Shown here piece by piece: positions 23,577-34,495 of a stretch of DNA of 64,000 nucleotides. Both the position numbers and the translations under genes were made by a program. The notes beneath the pieces were generated by a model. That model saw only the letters and a list, made by a program, of their open reading frames with translations, did no database searches and was not told the origin of the DNA. Source of the DNA: Macrostomum lignano (lineage: Eukaryota); NCBI GenBank assembly GCA_002269645.1, contig NIVC01001637.1, positions 62,001 through 126,000 on the forward strand, given 5' to 3'. Position 1 is the stretch's first letter. Each line of letters opens with the position of its first letter.

Positions 23577-24829
23577 TTACTTATAAATGCGCCGAAAAAG
23601 CCGTCGAGTTCGCTCATCCAACTCGGCTTCTTTTAACCACTGATTCCTAAAGGCCTCAACTCCTTGACATTTCACTAAATACCGCCGCTGACCGTCTGAG
23701 CCTTGTTCGTAAGCGTCTACACGCTCGATGACTGACGGCTCCGTATTTTCTTTTGCTACACGCTGTAGTTCTCCCTCATTGAAGTAACCCTCTAGTGCGC
23801 TATTTCCGTCTTCCGGATTCTCTAGTTTCTACGACGCTGCTCGGCGAGGATTCGTAGCACGGATCCGAAACACAGTGTTGCTCCACACTGTCGAATAGCC
23901 CTTGTCGTGCGATTATTACCCAGTCTCCTACCTTTAGTGTTGATAGAGGCTGCTGCAAGGCATCATTCTCTATAATCTCAGACCCGATGATTCCCTGTAG
24001 ACGCGGATCCACCGCCGTGTTGTAAAGACTCTGACCAAACAGCGCCCGGTGAGGGCTTGAGTTCAAATTTCGTTCCATTTGGGGTAGAATGTCATACCAG
24101 CGTTCCAGGTTTCGAGCCCAAAAATAACGGCTGAGTCGCTCTTTCAGAGTACGGATTAACCTTTCAGCGATCGCAGCCTTGTAATAGCTTTGGCTAACAA
24201 AAAAGCGTACACCCGCCCGTTTTAGTACAGCTTGAGTTTCACGCCCTAGGAACTCCTTTCCCGCGTTGCCCTGAAGATAGAGAGGTCGGAAGCCTTCAAG
24301 AAACAGATTTTCAAGTTCGGCGCCCACCTCTTTATCAGTTTTCGTTCGTAGAGGTCGCAGACGTACTTCGCAAGTGAAACAATCAATCAAAACGAGGATG
24401 TAGCGGTATCCCTTGTTTTTTTGACTTGTATTGAGGGAGATCCGCCAGGTCGATTTGGAATTGAAAACTAGGGATATGTGGTACACCAATTCTGCGGGTT
24501 TTGAATATTCGTTTAGTTTTGCGAAACAGGTTATATTCTTTGGTCTCCCGGGCCCATTCGTCTACGATTTCTGCCGCTCGTTTAGATGCTAGTGACGGAA
24601 ACTGGGTTTTAACATGTCTTAATAGCTGTTGCTTGCTTCCTGCAAAAGCAGTAGGGCGGTCCAAATCGTAAAATTGTCTGTCTAAGAAGTTCTTGACATC
24701 TAGCGAGTTGTTATTTCTAGTCCGTTCTTTTGCGTTTTCGGACAGCTGATGGCTCTCGTGTTTCGCCTTTCGCATGGGAGGTCTCTTTTTCAGTGCCATC
24801 GGTTTTTGTATCGGTGATTCCTCCCACAC
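23577..24829 (-). pseudogene. Retroviral-like (rve) integrase with C-terminal chromo-like domain; frameshifted, catalytic Asp replaced by Asn
   Basis: FYDLDRPTAFAG...FQIDLADL, KGYRYILVLIDCFT, LQGNAGKEF (Asp expected; AAC at 24265-24267), KAAIAERLIRTLK, WYDIL. The tail reads EGYFNEGELQRV...YLVKCQG...NQWLKEAEL. Confidence 0.9.
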
Positions 24830-25019
24830 TGCTGCTCTGTGGCAAGTTATTAGTTGATGCAGAACGCGTCACCGTCATGCAGCACCTAATAATGTTCTGT
24901 ATGGTGATATCGCCCGCGTCGGGAGTGTCCTCGTTATGGTGGAGCGCCCCGCCTAAGCAGCCTTGCAAAAGTCTCACAACCAAATGAAAAACAAAGCGTA
25001 AAATTTCGCGTAGTTCCAT
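24717..25019 (-). CDS. Small hypothetical Polinton ORF (100 aa)
   Basis: ATG-initiated ORF co-oriented between Polinton genes; no recognised motif. Confidence 0.4.
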   Translation of the reverse strand: MELREILRFVFHLVVRLLQGCLGGALHHNEDTPDAGDITIQNIIRCCMTVTRSASTNNLPQSSSVGGITDTKTDGTEKETSHAKGETREPSAVRKRKRTD

Positions 25020-25122
25020 TATCAGAATGTGTTGACACTCAATCCGCGATGCGCCGACCAGTAAGCTTATAGCTGCTACAATATTTAACTACAAACTTAG
25101 CTTGTCAATGTCTCGTAATTTT

Positions 25123-25808
25123 CTAGGAAATCCATTTCTTCGTCCCGCGTTTCTTTGTCGTCGGTAAAGGTGGGTGGAAACTCTTTCTCTGCTGCAGCTG
25201 ACAATTCCGTTCAAAATTGTTTTCCGACAAGCTGAGGATCCGCTTTTCGTTGACGCAGAAAACTCAAAAAGTTTTCCAGCCCACCTGGCAGGTGCCCCTC
25301 ATGCCTCTTCGGGGGTTTGTCGCGAACAACGTAGTCCATCAAATCGCGCATCTCCGTTTCGGTTAGTTTGGTCCCGTTTGCCGCCAGATTTGCTTTCTCA
25401 TTTTCGATGAAAGTTTTAAGACGTCGCCAGCGAGCCTGAAGTGCTTTTGGAATTCGTATTGTTTCGTTCTCTTCCTCCGCACTATTGACTAACGGCTCGC
25501 TCTTCACTCGCTTGAGGGTTATCATCTGGCTTCAAAAACTTCTCGCGTGTTTGTAGAAGCTAGCTTTCCATTCTGTTTCGTGCCAGACGAGCAGTCGAAT
25601 TTGGGCTAGATTGATCCGTAGCAATAATCTCGTCTAACCCATCGATTTTCTGTTTCATCCGCACGAGTTCTTGTCCCATCGTGTCACTTGGCATCTCCAA
25701 AACCTTTGCTCGTTCGTCAGCGCACTTGTTTTGCGCGACCAGCTGCGAATATTGTGAGATGGGAATAACAACCATCTTTTGCAGTGCCTCGGGTGAGCGA
25801 GTTCCCAT
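25123..25808 (-). pseudogene. Polinton protein of unknown function, split by frameshifts
   Basis: KMVVIPISQY...RIPKALQARW...PGGLENFLSFL...PQLVG(N)...KKW resembles the uncharacterised ORF usually next to pX in Polintons; pieces 25560-25808 and 25211-25525 plus tail. Confidence 0.5.
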
Positions 25809-25812
25809 GCTT

Positions 25813-26265
25813 TCAGTTTCGTTTGTTCTGTATGCTGCGCACGAGACTAGCAGTACCCGCAGCTGTACCTGCAATGCCGGAGGTGATTCCAAGAGCCGTG
25901 GTGATGGATGGTAATGCTGCCGTTACTGCGGCCACAATCGGCGCGAGGAACGGCAGAAAACCTCCGTGTTGTACAATGATTCTTTTTTTCTCAGTCAGAG
26001 AATGACCACCCGAAACGAGCTTCTGAATAGGCCGACAATGTTTTTCTAATCTTTTCCGGTCCGCGTGGCGGAGTGGCACTCGCTGCCGCACGATATTGAT
26101 CAGGAACTCGACTATACAACGCACTTCCGCTAGACTGAGAGTCTTAAGGAAATCTCGTCTGGTTTTTCTATCACGCAATCGAGCAACAATGTGCAGAATT
26201 TCCGCGCTGTTTGTGATCGAAGATGCACTCTTTCTCGCTTTATGCGTTAATCGTCGTGCGGCCAT
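25813..26265 (-). CDS. Polinton pX-like (adenovirus protein X/mu-like) protein
   Basis: Basic N-terminal half, then QHGGFLPFLAPIVAAVTAALPSITTALG, similar to adenovirus pX GGFLPALIPIIAAAIGAIPGIA. Confidence 0.7.
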   Translation of the reverse strand: MAARRLTHKARKSASSITNSAEILHIVARLRDRKTRRDFLKTLSLAEVRCIVEFLINIVRQRVPLRHADRKRLEKHCRPIQKLVSGGHSLTEKKRIIVQHGGFLPFLAPIVAAVTAALPSITTALGITSGIAGTAAGTASLVRSIQNKRN

Positions 26266-26316
26266 ATCCTACTCTCCTCACTCTATATTTAATGATGTGC
26301 TTGTTTGCTTATAAAT

Positions 26317-27187
26317 CTAGTCGGTTTTTGGGCGGAAATGCAGCACCACTACGCAATGTGCATCCGGCTGGAAAGTGAGAGGATTTCCCTGTTCGTACCC
26401 TAACCGAATGGTGATTTCGTCGATGTTTTGTCGATTCGTTGGCAAATAGTAGGGATTTGGGATCATACCGTCTTGGGGCTGAAGTTGGCCCCCTGTTTGA
26501 GGGTGCAACGGCATAATCCGCAGAAGGGGCACAAGGAGACTGCCAACCGCTTGGTATTCAATTATATCAGTGTAGCAGTGCATGTAGACAGTCTTTCCCC
26601 GAACGCTTTTTTCGCTGGGTGATGTTGGCGCTATGGCTCTAATCATCCAGGTTCTTCTGCCAATACTTATCTAGCGCTCGGTCCCCCTCGCTCTTCCCAG
26701 GCGCCTGTCCCATTATTACTTCCGTACTACCAATAAGAGCTACAGCTTCGCTTGGTCTCAGACGGAAATCGAAATCAAGGTCGGCTATGTATTCAGTTGA
26801 GCTTTTCGCTGTCTCGTAATAGCTGCTATAGCTTCCTTCCTCACCAATGAGTGGACTCCGAGTAAGAGATTCAATGCTTAGGAAATCACTATCCTTCCCG
26901 CGCATTCTTTTCCACTGATCGAAGCCATAGACACGCATGAAATGTGAAGGTAAACGGATCGCTAATTGACTCGCGCCACAGTTTCGGACATACCACAGGT
27001 ACTGGCGCTCTTCCGGGCGACAAAGCAAATAAGCTTCCAGGTCGCCTCCCTGCCAAATTCTTGTCAAAGCAGCCAAAGCATTTAAAAGCAGGAAGACTGT
27101 TGCCACGAGTCTAGCAAGAAAGCGAATACCTAGAAAGGGTGAGATTTGGAAATTAAGGGACATGCAGGACACGCGCTGGGGCAACAC
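26317..27187 (-). pseudogene. Penton / minor capsid protein, frameshift near 26645, apparently 5'-truncated
   Basis: C-terminal motif CYTDIIEYQAVG...VPLLRI...PNPYYLP...IDEITIRL...GNPLTF...VVLHFR is typical of the Polinton penton. The usual N-terminal TLPSN motif was not found. Confidence 0.8.
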
Positions 27188-27974
27188 GGTCTGAATCGAC
27201 TAGTGGTTGGTATTGGGGCTTTAGCGTGGAGGCAAACATAGCTGATGCAGGCTGGGAGTGACTACTCCCTATACCAGATTGCTTCTGAAGTTGCGCATGA
27301 GAGTGGCCGCGAGCCTAGCAAGAAAATGGAGGGGACGAGATTTGGTAACCGTGCCTGGGCAGGAAAGAAATTCATCGTCTAGTGGCTGGGACTTCCTAGT
27401 GGTATCGCCATGCCAAAAAACAAGCTATGCGTGTATCCCCATTGAACTAGTGCTTGGAACTTCATATTGATTTCGCGCTGTAAAAACGAGCTATGCATCC
27501 AAAAAATACTTACTACTCACAGAGCTTCCTTCAACTGTCTCAGAGAGCTGTGGCGGTGATCGCAGGATAAGTCGCAGTACGAAAGCTTGGGATTGGAGTG
27601 GGAGCAGGGAGGCGTGGAAGGAAAAAGCAGGAGAGTCGAAGTTTCTACAGCTGTCTGTCTTATGAATCCTGAAATTTACTGTGTCTACGTATTTCTAGGA
27701 GTATATATCATTTCAAATTGTTATACTGCATCTAATGAATTTTATTATAATCCTGCGTACTCGTAGCTACTGTCGCATTAATAACTCACTAAATTTGTTT
27801 TGCGTTTTATCATACTAATACATGCTTCATCAAGTCATTGAAAATTCGTGTAGAAATATAAGAGAGCAAAGAAAGAAAGTAAGAGAGAAGAAGAGATTTT
27901 TACAGCTTTCTGTGTTTTTCATCTGATTCAGCCAAACCAGGGGTACATGCGGGTCGTGAAGCCTCTCTATCCTG

Positions 27975-28375
27975 CCCTCGGGCCTCAGAAATAAATCAAT
28001 TAGAGTCCTGCCCCCCCCCCACTCCTGTCAGATGGTCAGCCCCATGGTAGCTTGATCGTGTGGCCAGCAGTCTAGGTCCTATAGCTAAGAGAGGGACAGC
28101 GAGAGACAAGCAGGGAGAATTTTGAAGGTAGAAATTAGTTAATCCGCAGATTAGCTAACTCGCTGCCACCAGCCCGTACGTCCTGGCTCACCACACCGGG
28201 ACTCTCGAAATCGGGCTTCCGACTAGAAGGGGCTTTGCACTTACCTGTCAACTAGTGTCTTTTTGCTGTCAATCTCGAAGTCATAGCCGATGATAAGGGA
28301 CACTGCTGGGACTAGATCGAATTGGCCATGCAGGTACAGAGGGGACTTGTGCAGGGGATTCTTGCAGTGGCGCGA
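27975..28375 (+). repeat. About 400-bp diverged direct repeat, copy 1 (copy 2 at about 29041-29445)
   Basis: Shared blocks CACTCCTGTCAGATGGTCAGCCCCATG, GACAGCGAGAGACAAGCAGGGAGAATTT, AATCTCGAAGTCATAGCCGA; roughly 80% identity by eye. Confidence 0.85.
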
Positions 28376-28939
28376 CTATGGGGCAGCTACATGTACGGAT
28401 TGTACTTTTGGCCTTCAACGCGCCAACCAGCCTCTCCTAGCGCTATCATTCGCATCCCCTCAGACCATCTGGCGCCAGCTTCAGCACTGAGTGAAGCCCA
28501 GGCGACTGTCAGACCAGCTTCACAAGGGATGATTTATGACCTAAAAAGCTGCGCCTATGTTATTATGACTACTAGTATGACCAAACCATATATCTAGTAA
28601 AAATTCCATGATAATTCACATAAAAAGGATAAAAAATTCCCATAGCCTGCTGTTAGTAGGCTAGTAAGTTTAGAGCCTATGTGCTAGCGCGAGATTAGGA
28701 AAAAAGTGCGTCCTCATCATTAAATTGTAGAGGGGATGACCGTCATGTCATGCAAACGGTTTGGATGTTAGAGAGAGCGGAGAAAGACAGAATCAAATAT
28801 TGTAAATTTTGATGTGTTTTCTTATTAAATCACGCTTCATCAGATCATTTGATTTCAGCAAAGTTACATGTACAGTCGCTGTCATCAGTCATCGTTAGTC
28901 ATTACTCCATGCTGTTGCAACCAGAGAGTTTTAAGTGCC

Positions 28940-29040
28940 TGATTTGTATTCGGGACTTTAATTTCTACTTGGATCCAAAACTTTTGCATGCAACTGAGTT
29001 CATTCCATCTTATGATGGGTTCGGCCTTTTTAAGCCTATA
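28940..29040 (+). mobile_element. Possible degraded CR1/L2-type LINE endonuclease fragment
   Basis: CLICIRDFNFYLD...ATEF...DGFGL resembles the APE motif IIGDFNIHVD...F...FGL. Confidence 0.35.
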
Positions 29041-29445
29041 GCTTCGGGCCTCAGAACTCAGAAATGAATCACTGGGAGCTCTGGCCTCTCACTCCTGTCA
29101 GATGGTCAGCCCCATGTTAGCTAGATTTTGGGCGAGCAGCAAGGTCCTATAACTAAGAGAAGACAGCGAGAGACAAGCAGGGAGAATTTGAAAGGTAGAG
29201 ATTAGCTAATCCGCATATCAACTAACTCGCTGCCACCAGTCCGTGCGCCCTGGCTCACCAAACCGGAGCTATCGAAATCGGACTTCCGACTAGAGGGGCA
29301 CTGCACTTACCTGCCATCTAGTGTCTTTTAGCTGTCTAAATCTCGAAGTCATAGCCGAATAGAAGGGACGCTGCTGGGACTAAGATCGCATTGGCCATGC
29401 AGGGACAGAGAGGACTTCTGCAGGGGGTTCTTGCGCTGGCGAGCC
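29041..29445 (+). repeat. About 400-bp diverged direct repeat, copy 2
   Basis: See copy 1 at 27975-28375. Confidence 0.85.
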
Positions 29446-30348
29446 TCTATACACTACTGAATGCACTATTTCATTACCAAATTCTCAGAAGTACATATAT
29501 CAGTACACGTAACAGCACGCTTTTGGCACTAAATGTGTTAACACGTCGACAGATAGCGATGATGTAGATGCATTGTCACTTTCGGAGATCTTTAGACTAA
29601 TATTTAACTTACTTTAGCCGCTTAACTGCCTGTGACCGCGCCAAAGCGCCAGTCTGGCACTTAATTCGGATGCTTAACATAATGATTTGTTAGATCGACT
29701 GATTGACTGGGAACTGTGGCGCTTCCGGTCCACCGTGACCTCTGCCTCTAGATTTAGCCACTCATCTCAGCTGGCATTGCGAAAAAGAAAGAAAACGCTA
29801 AGTCTTTAACTTACAGATTTAACTCTCTCACTTAATCCGCAATCCTAAACACTTTAGTTTGAGTTAGAGCGAATGGCGACTTTTAATATTAACTGACACT
29901 TCTGCCTCGCGATTGGCACACAAAAACAAGTAAGCAAAAGTGCAAATCCTATCAGACTACCTAGGAAGGGGTCAGACAAAGGGTGCACCCAGTTAAGCAG
30001 GTCAAGAAAGCCTCTCACCAAACCAATCGGACCTATCTGCCGGTGGCCAAGGAATCCACAGAGACCAAAGCGCTCAGATGGGATGCTGTTGCCGGTCTTG
30101 ACTGACGATTGCCGCCGCTGCTCTTCGCTTGCCGAAAGTCGTTGCTGCTCTTAGATCACTGCCGGAAGATATTGATGATGCTTCTCAGGGGGACCTTAGC
30201 TGTTGAAGCCGAAACTGCCGGGGAAAGGGGGATCAGGCAGGACCAGAAGAGGACGTCCCAGAGCAGGGCAAACTCTCCAAACCTCCAAAAGCGCTAGAAG
30301 CGCTAGAGCGCAAAACACCGGGGGGCCGAGCGCGGGTCGAGTTGCCGC

Positions 30349-30483
30349 CTTTTATAGCTCTCACGCGCCCGATTTGTTATAACGCACGCCGAATTTTCCG
30401 ATTGGCTGAGAGCTTTTGTTAAAATAGGCGCCGAATTTTCTGATTGGCTGAGCCGGAGGCAGTCAGGTCGACTCTGATTGGCT
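30349..30483 (-). promoter_or_regulatory. TATA box plus three CCAAT boxes (Pol II promoter or LTR U3-like)
   Basis: Minus-strand CTATAAAAG at 30349-30357; AGCCAATC at about 30400, 30442 and 30476; duplicated CGCCGAATTTTCYGATTGGCTGAG. Confidence 0.6.
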
Positions 30484-31980
30484 TGAGCTCAAGACTCCAA
30501 AACCCACCCCACCAGGTGGCCTTCGGACCCCGGGGGAGTTGACAGGTGCGGTCATAAATCATGAACAAAACGCAATAAAAGCCCCTTGTCTAGACATTCT
30601 GGCGCCAAAAGTGACAGCAAAACGCCCATAAATCAAAGGAGAAAGTAACAGAGTGAGTAGGGAGAAAGCTGGAAAGACCTCTTTGACCCAGACAGGCTGG
30701 CGCCAAAAGTGACAGCTAGACGGCCATAAATCACGGGAAACAGTGAGAAATCCACAAATCAGGGGGGGTTAGAAAACACTTCTCCCAGACTTAGTGTCGC
30801 CTGTCTAGACTGTTGAAGGTCAATCCGTCTCGAACCCAGACAGTCTGACCTTCAAAGGTGCGTAAACAATCCAAAATTAGGATACTAAGCGAAGTACATT
30901 AAGTTCCTAGGAAAATTAATAGTAAAGGCATAAATTAGTATAGAACTTAGACTAGATGAGAGAATGGAGAGAAATCCCTAAGCTAGCCTACTGACAGTAG
31001 AGGAAAAGCGTATCGGAGCAAAATGTGCGGTTCCAAGATTGAAAAAGGTGCGTCCTCATCACTTGCACTGGTCATTGGATTTGTTATCAGCCTCGAGCTG
31101 TTATAATTGGAGCTGGCTGAGACAACAGAGTACATTTTCTATGGTACGTAAATGCATTTTCTATTGTCAATTGAGCCAAAGCATGGATTAATGGCTGGTG
31201 TCTCACTCAGTAGGTTACTCAGTACTCGTATGATGAAAATCGAATAATATTACGATATAGAACGCAAGAAATGAATCATAATTACCATTTACAGCGCCAC
31301 TAATGAACCAACGACCCCAAATATGGTAAACGGTGTCCTCACCTTATTGTATTAGCACAAATTCTATTCTGTTGTCAAAAGGCGTTTCACCTCATCAAAC
31401 TAAACCGGAAAAACCGGTTTCCATGAAATTTGTGTAAAAACCTCAGACTCGGAGCAGTCCCAAAGAATCTGGAGGCAATTAGACATCATAGGGACTAGTC
31501 ATCTCTGAGAGGAAATCTGTACCGTTTGGTAAGCTGTGGAGATGTCTTTGATTATTTGCTTTTGAAAGCTGAGTTATTATATTATAGGCGTTTGTTTATC
31601 AATTATTTTTTGTTGAACTACGAGTTTAGAGGCCTCCCTGTTCCTAAAGGATTGAATAGGACGTTCACTGACTTTGGTACCTTAAAGTAACAGATGGAGC
31701 ATACGACTGCGATTCCGTTATTTCTAGAAGAAGACGCCCTTTCTGGAGGACCTCATCGTTATTGATTTGATTTTATACTATTAAGGCGCATTTCTGATAT
31801 TGATTATCGAGCTCAAGGAATGAATCAACGCCGACAATTCGAATTGATACGCTTATTACAAGTGGCTCTCTTATACGGTTAGAATCGACGAGACAAACTC
31901 CGGAGAAGATTAGGACAAGTACCGCGCGCTACACGCCCGGATCGACAAAGAAGAGGAGCCCGCACTAGTAATTGATCACT

Positions 31981-32720
31981 CAGGGGCGTCGCCAACGGGG
32001 GGACAGGGGGGACATGTCCCTCCAGTAAAAGACCTGGGGGACATGCCAATGCTTTGTCCTCCCACCCCCACTTTGTGGCCCGTTTTGAAAATCAATAATT
32101 TTTGCTGCATGGCAACAAAATAGCGCATGAGGCGCTGAACTGAGTGCCTGCGGCGCTAAAATGAGTGCCTGCGGCGCTAAAATGAGTGCCTGCGGCGCTA
32201 AAATGAGTGCCTGCGGCGCTAAAATGAGTGCCTGCGGCGCTAAAATGAGTGCCTGCGGCGCTAAAATGAGTGCCTGCGGCGCTAAAATGAGTGCCTGCGG
32301 CGCTAAAATGAGTGCCTGCGGCGCTAAAATGAGTGCCTGTGGCGACAAAATGAGTGCCTGCGGCCCTAAAATGAGTCACTGCTGCGCTAAAATGAGTGCC
32401 TGTGGCGCTAAAATGAGTGCCTGTGGCGCTAAAATGAGTGCCTGCGGCCCTAAAATGAGTGAATGTGGCGCTAAAATGAGTCACTGCTGCGCTAAAATGA
32501 GTGCCTGTGGCGCTAAAATGAGTGCTTGCGGCGCTAAAATGAGTGCCTGCGGCGCTAACATGAGTGGCTGCGGCTCTAAAATGAGTGCCTGCGGCGCTAA
32601 AGTGACTGCTGACAATTCTTAAAGTAATGTACATGTAGGAATTTCGTCGTGTACATGTACATGTAGAATTCTTGGCTTTGTCCTCCTCCCCACCATAAAA
32701 TCCATGGCGACGCCCAGCTG
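31981..32720. mobile_element. Non-autonomous hAT-like element (MITE), 740 bp, carrying a minisatellite
   Basis: Ends CAGGGGCGTCGCCA and TGGCGACGCCCAGCTG (imperfect TIR, CAG...CTG). Exact 8-bp TSD TGATCACT at 31973-31980 and 32721-32728. Confidence 0.85.
32135..32605. repeat. 21-bp minisatellite (ATGAGTGCCTGCGGCGCTAAA) inside the MITE
   Basis: Periodicity of 21; produces spurious 7-aa repeat ORFs. Confidence 0.95.
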
Positions 32721-33784
32721 TGATCACTTAAAATTGTTCCAAGGCTTGAGGTCTGGAAGTTGGAGTTTTTGAGTGACTGATCACCACTCCTTAACCCTTG
32801 GCTTCACCCTTGCAATTGGCTTGCCTGTCCAAACCAAAACCCTGATCTCTGAGGCACACAAGCCAACCGCTCTTTTGATAACAACTGCAGCCAATACTAC
32901 CAATTTAAGATGTTCAACAAGTGAGACGAGAGCCAGTGCAACAGCCCAAGCTCTGCTAGCTCTGACTGACCTGCTGGAGAAGCAGCGCAGCGCCTCTGCT
33001 TGATAATCTGGTGCAGCGAGATCAGCCGGAGAGCGCCCACGGCACCGCCATCCGAAAAGCCCAAGCCCCGGCTACTTGGCAGACTCTGAAAGGTCACGAG
33101 AGAAGAAGAGAATGTCGGCTGCGCAGGCTCCAATGCCGAGCCCTACAGTCGCTCATCAAGTGACGTGGAGTGCGGAGGTTTCGTAGACGCCTCCAATAAT
33201 CAAAAAATCCATGCGCGTGAGGCCGATCCATATCTCACAGGCCGAGTAGCGAATTCCAAGAGGTCCCCTTCCTGCTTGACGGCGAAGAACGGAAGAACGG
33301 AAGAACTTCCATGGTTCGTCAACCTGGGCCGCTATTAGACGACAATTATGTAAAAATTCTGTCATCAAGGTTTTTAAGTGTGCGCATTTAATCTTCCCGA
33401 TCTTATGGCCCCGAGCAAATATCAGAGAAATCATAAAGACAGGCAAGGCAGTGCGATGCATTTCAAGAGCACACTTTGAGAACAGCCATAAATGCAGACA
33501 GAATGCACTTACTATGTTGTGTAACATAGCTAAATATAATTTTGAGCCTAAACAGATGATTATTATAGTGAGATTTACATGTATTGCGAGCATTAACAAT
33601 TTATTAACAGTTTTAATGCATTAATGCAAGTATAGTCCATGCACACTACTCTTGTAGTAAAGATTTCAGTAGGCAAGTAACGAATATTAATTTCTAGATT
33701 AGTTTGTATTGTAAAATCGCTGGGGTTTTAATGGGAGGGGCCCCGCAACCCCGAGGGGCGTCAATATTTAGTCGCCTGGTGGGC

Positions 33785-34495
33785 GCTGATCCTGTCTCTT
33801 GGTGGGTGCCCCTGTCTCTTGGTGGCCGCCCCTTGTCTCTTGGTGGCCGCCCCTTGTCTCTTGGTGGCCGCCCCCTTGTCTCTCGGTGGCCGCCCCCTTG
33901 TCTCTCGGTGGCCGCCCCCTTGTCTCTTGGTGGCCGACCCCTTGTCTCTCGGTGGCCGCCCCCTTGTCTCTTGGTGGCCGCCCCCTTGTCTCTTGGTGGC
34001 CGCCCCCTTGTCTCTTGGTGGGTGCCCCTGTCTCTTGGTGACCGCCCCCTTGTCTCTTGGTGGGTGCCCCTGTCTCTTGGTGGGTGCCCCTGTCTCTTGG
34101 TGGGTGCCCCTGTCTCTTGGTGGGTGCCCCTGTCTCTTGGTGGGTGCCCCTGTCTCTTGGTGGGTGCCCCTGTCTCTTGGTGACCGCCCCCTTGTCTCTT
34201 GGTGGGTGCCCCTGTCTCTTGGTGACCACCCCCTTGTCTCTTGGTGGGTGCCCCTGTCTCTTGGTGACCACCCCCTTGTCTCTTGGTGGTGCCCCTGTCT
34301 CTTGGTGGGTGCCCCTGTCTCTTGGTGGGTGCCCCTGTCTCTTGGTGGGTGCCCTTGTCTCTTGGTGACCACCCCCTTGTCTCTTGGTGGTGCCCCTGTC
34401 TCTTGGTGGGTGCCCCTGTCTCTTGGTGGGTGCCCCCTTGTCTCTTGGTGGCCGCCCCCCTTGTCTCTTGGTGGCCGCCCCCCTGTCTCTTAGTG
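33785..34495. repeat. 19-22-bp GC-rich minisatellite (GGTGGGTGCCCCTGTCTCTT / GGTGGCCGCCCCCTTGTCTCTT)
   Basis: Tandem variants; all six-frame ORFs here are repeat artefacts. Confidence 0.95.

Larger units (their letters stand above)
20796..27517 (-). mobile_element. Polinton/Maverick (endogenous adintovirus-like element), 6722 bp, lacking pPolB and packaging ATPase
   Basis: Both ends start AGTAGTAAG. Imperfect TIRs of about 200 bp (20796 to about 21000; about 27313 to 27517). 6-bp TSD CACAGA at 20790-20795 and 27518-27523. Hallmark gene set all on the minus strand. Confidence 0.95.

Noticed and set aside
28830-28895. Hammerhead-ribozyme-like CTGATGA...GAAA on the minus strand
   Set aside because: Stem II is out of register and no stem I pairing is possible.
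30600-30720. TGGCGCC as a tRNA-Lys primer-binding site
   Set aside because: The match stops after 7 nt (no CGAACAGGGAC), and there is no adjacent LTR end.
32773-33599. ORFs 33156-33599 and 32897-33133 (minus) and 32773-33003 (plus) as a gene
   Set aside because: One plausible minus-strand exon (about 33085-32972) exists, but no consistent multi-exon model or recognisable domain could be built.
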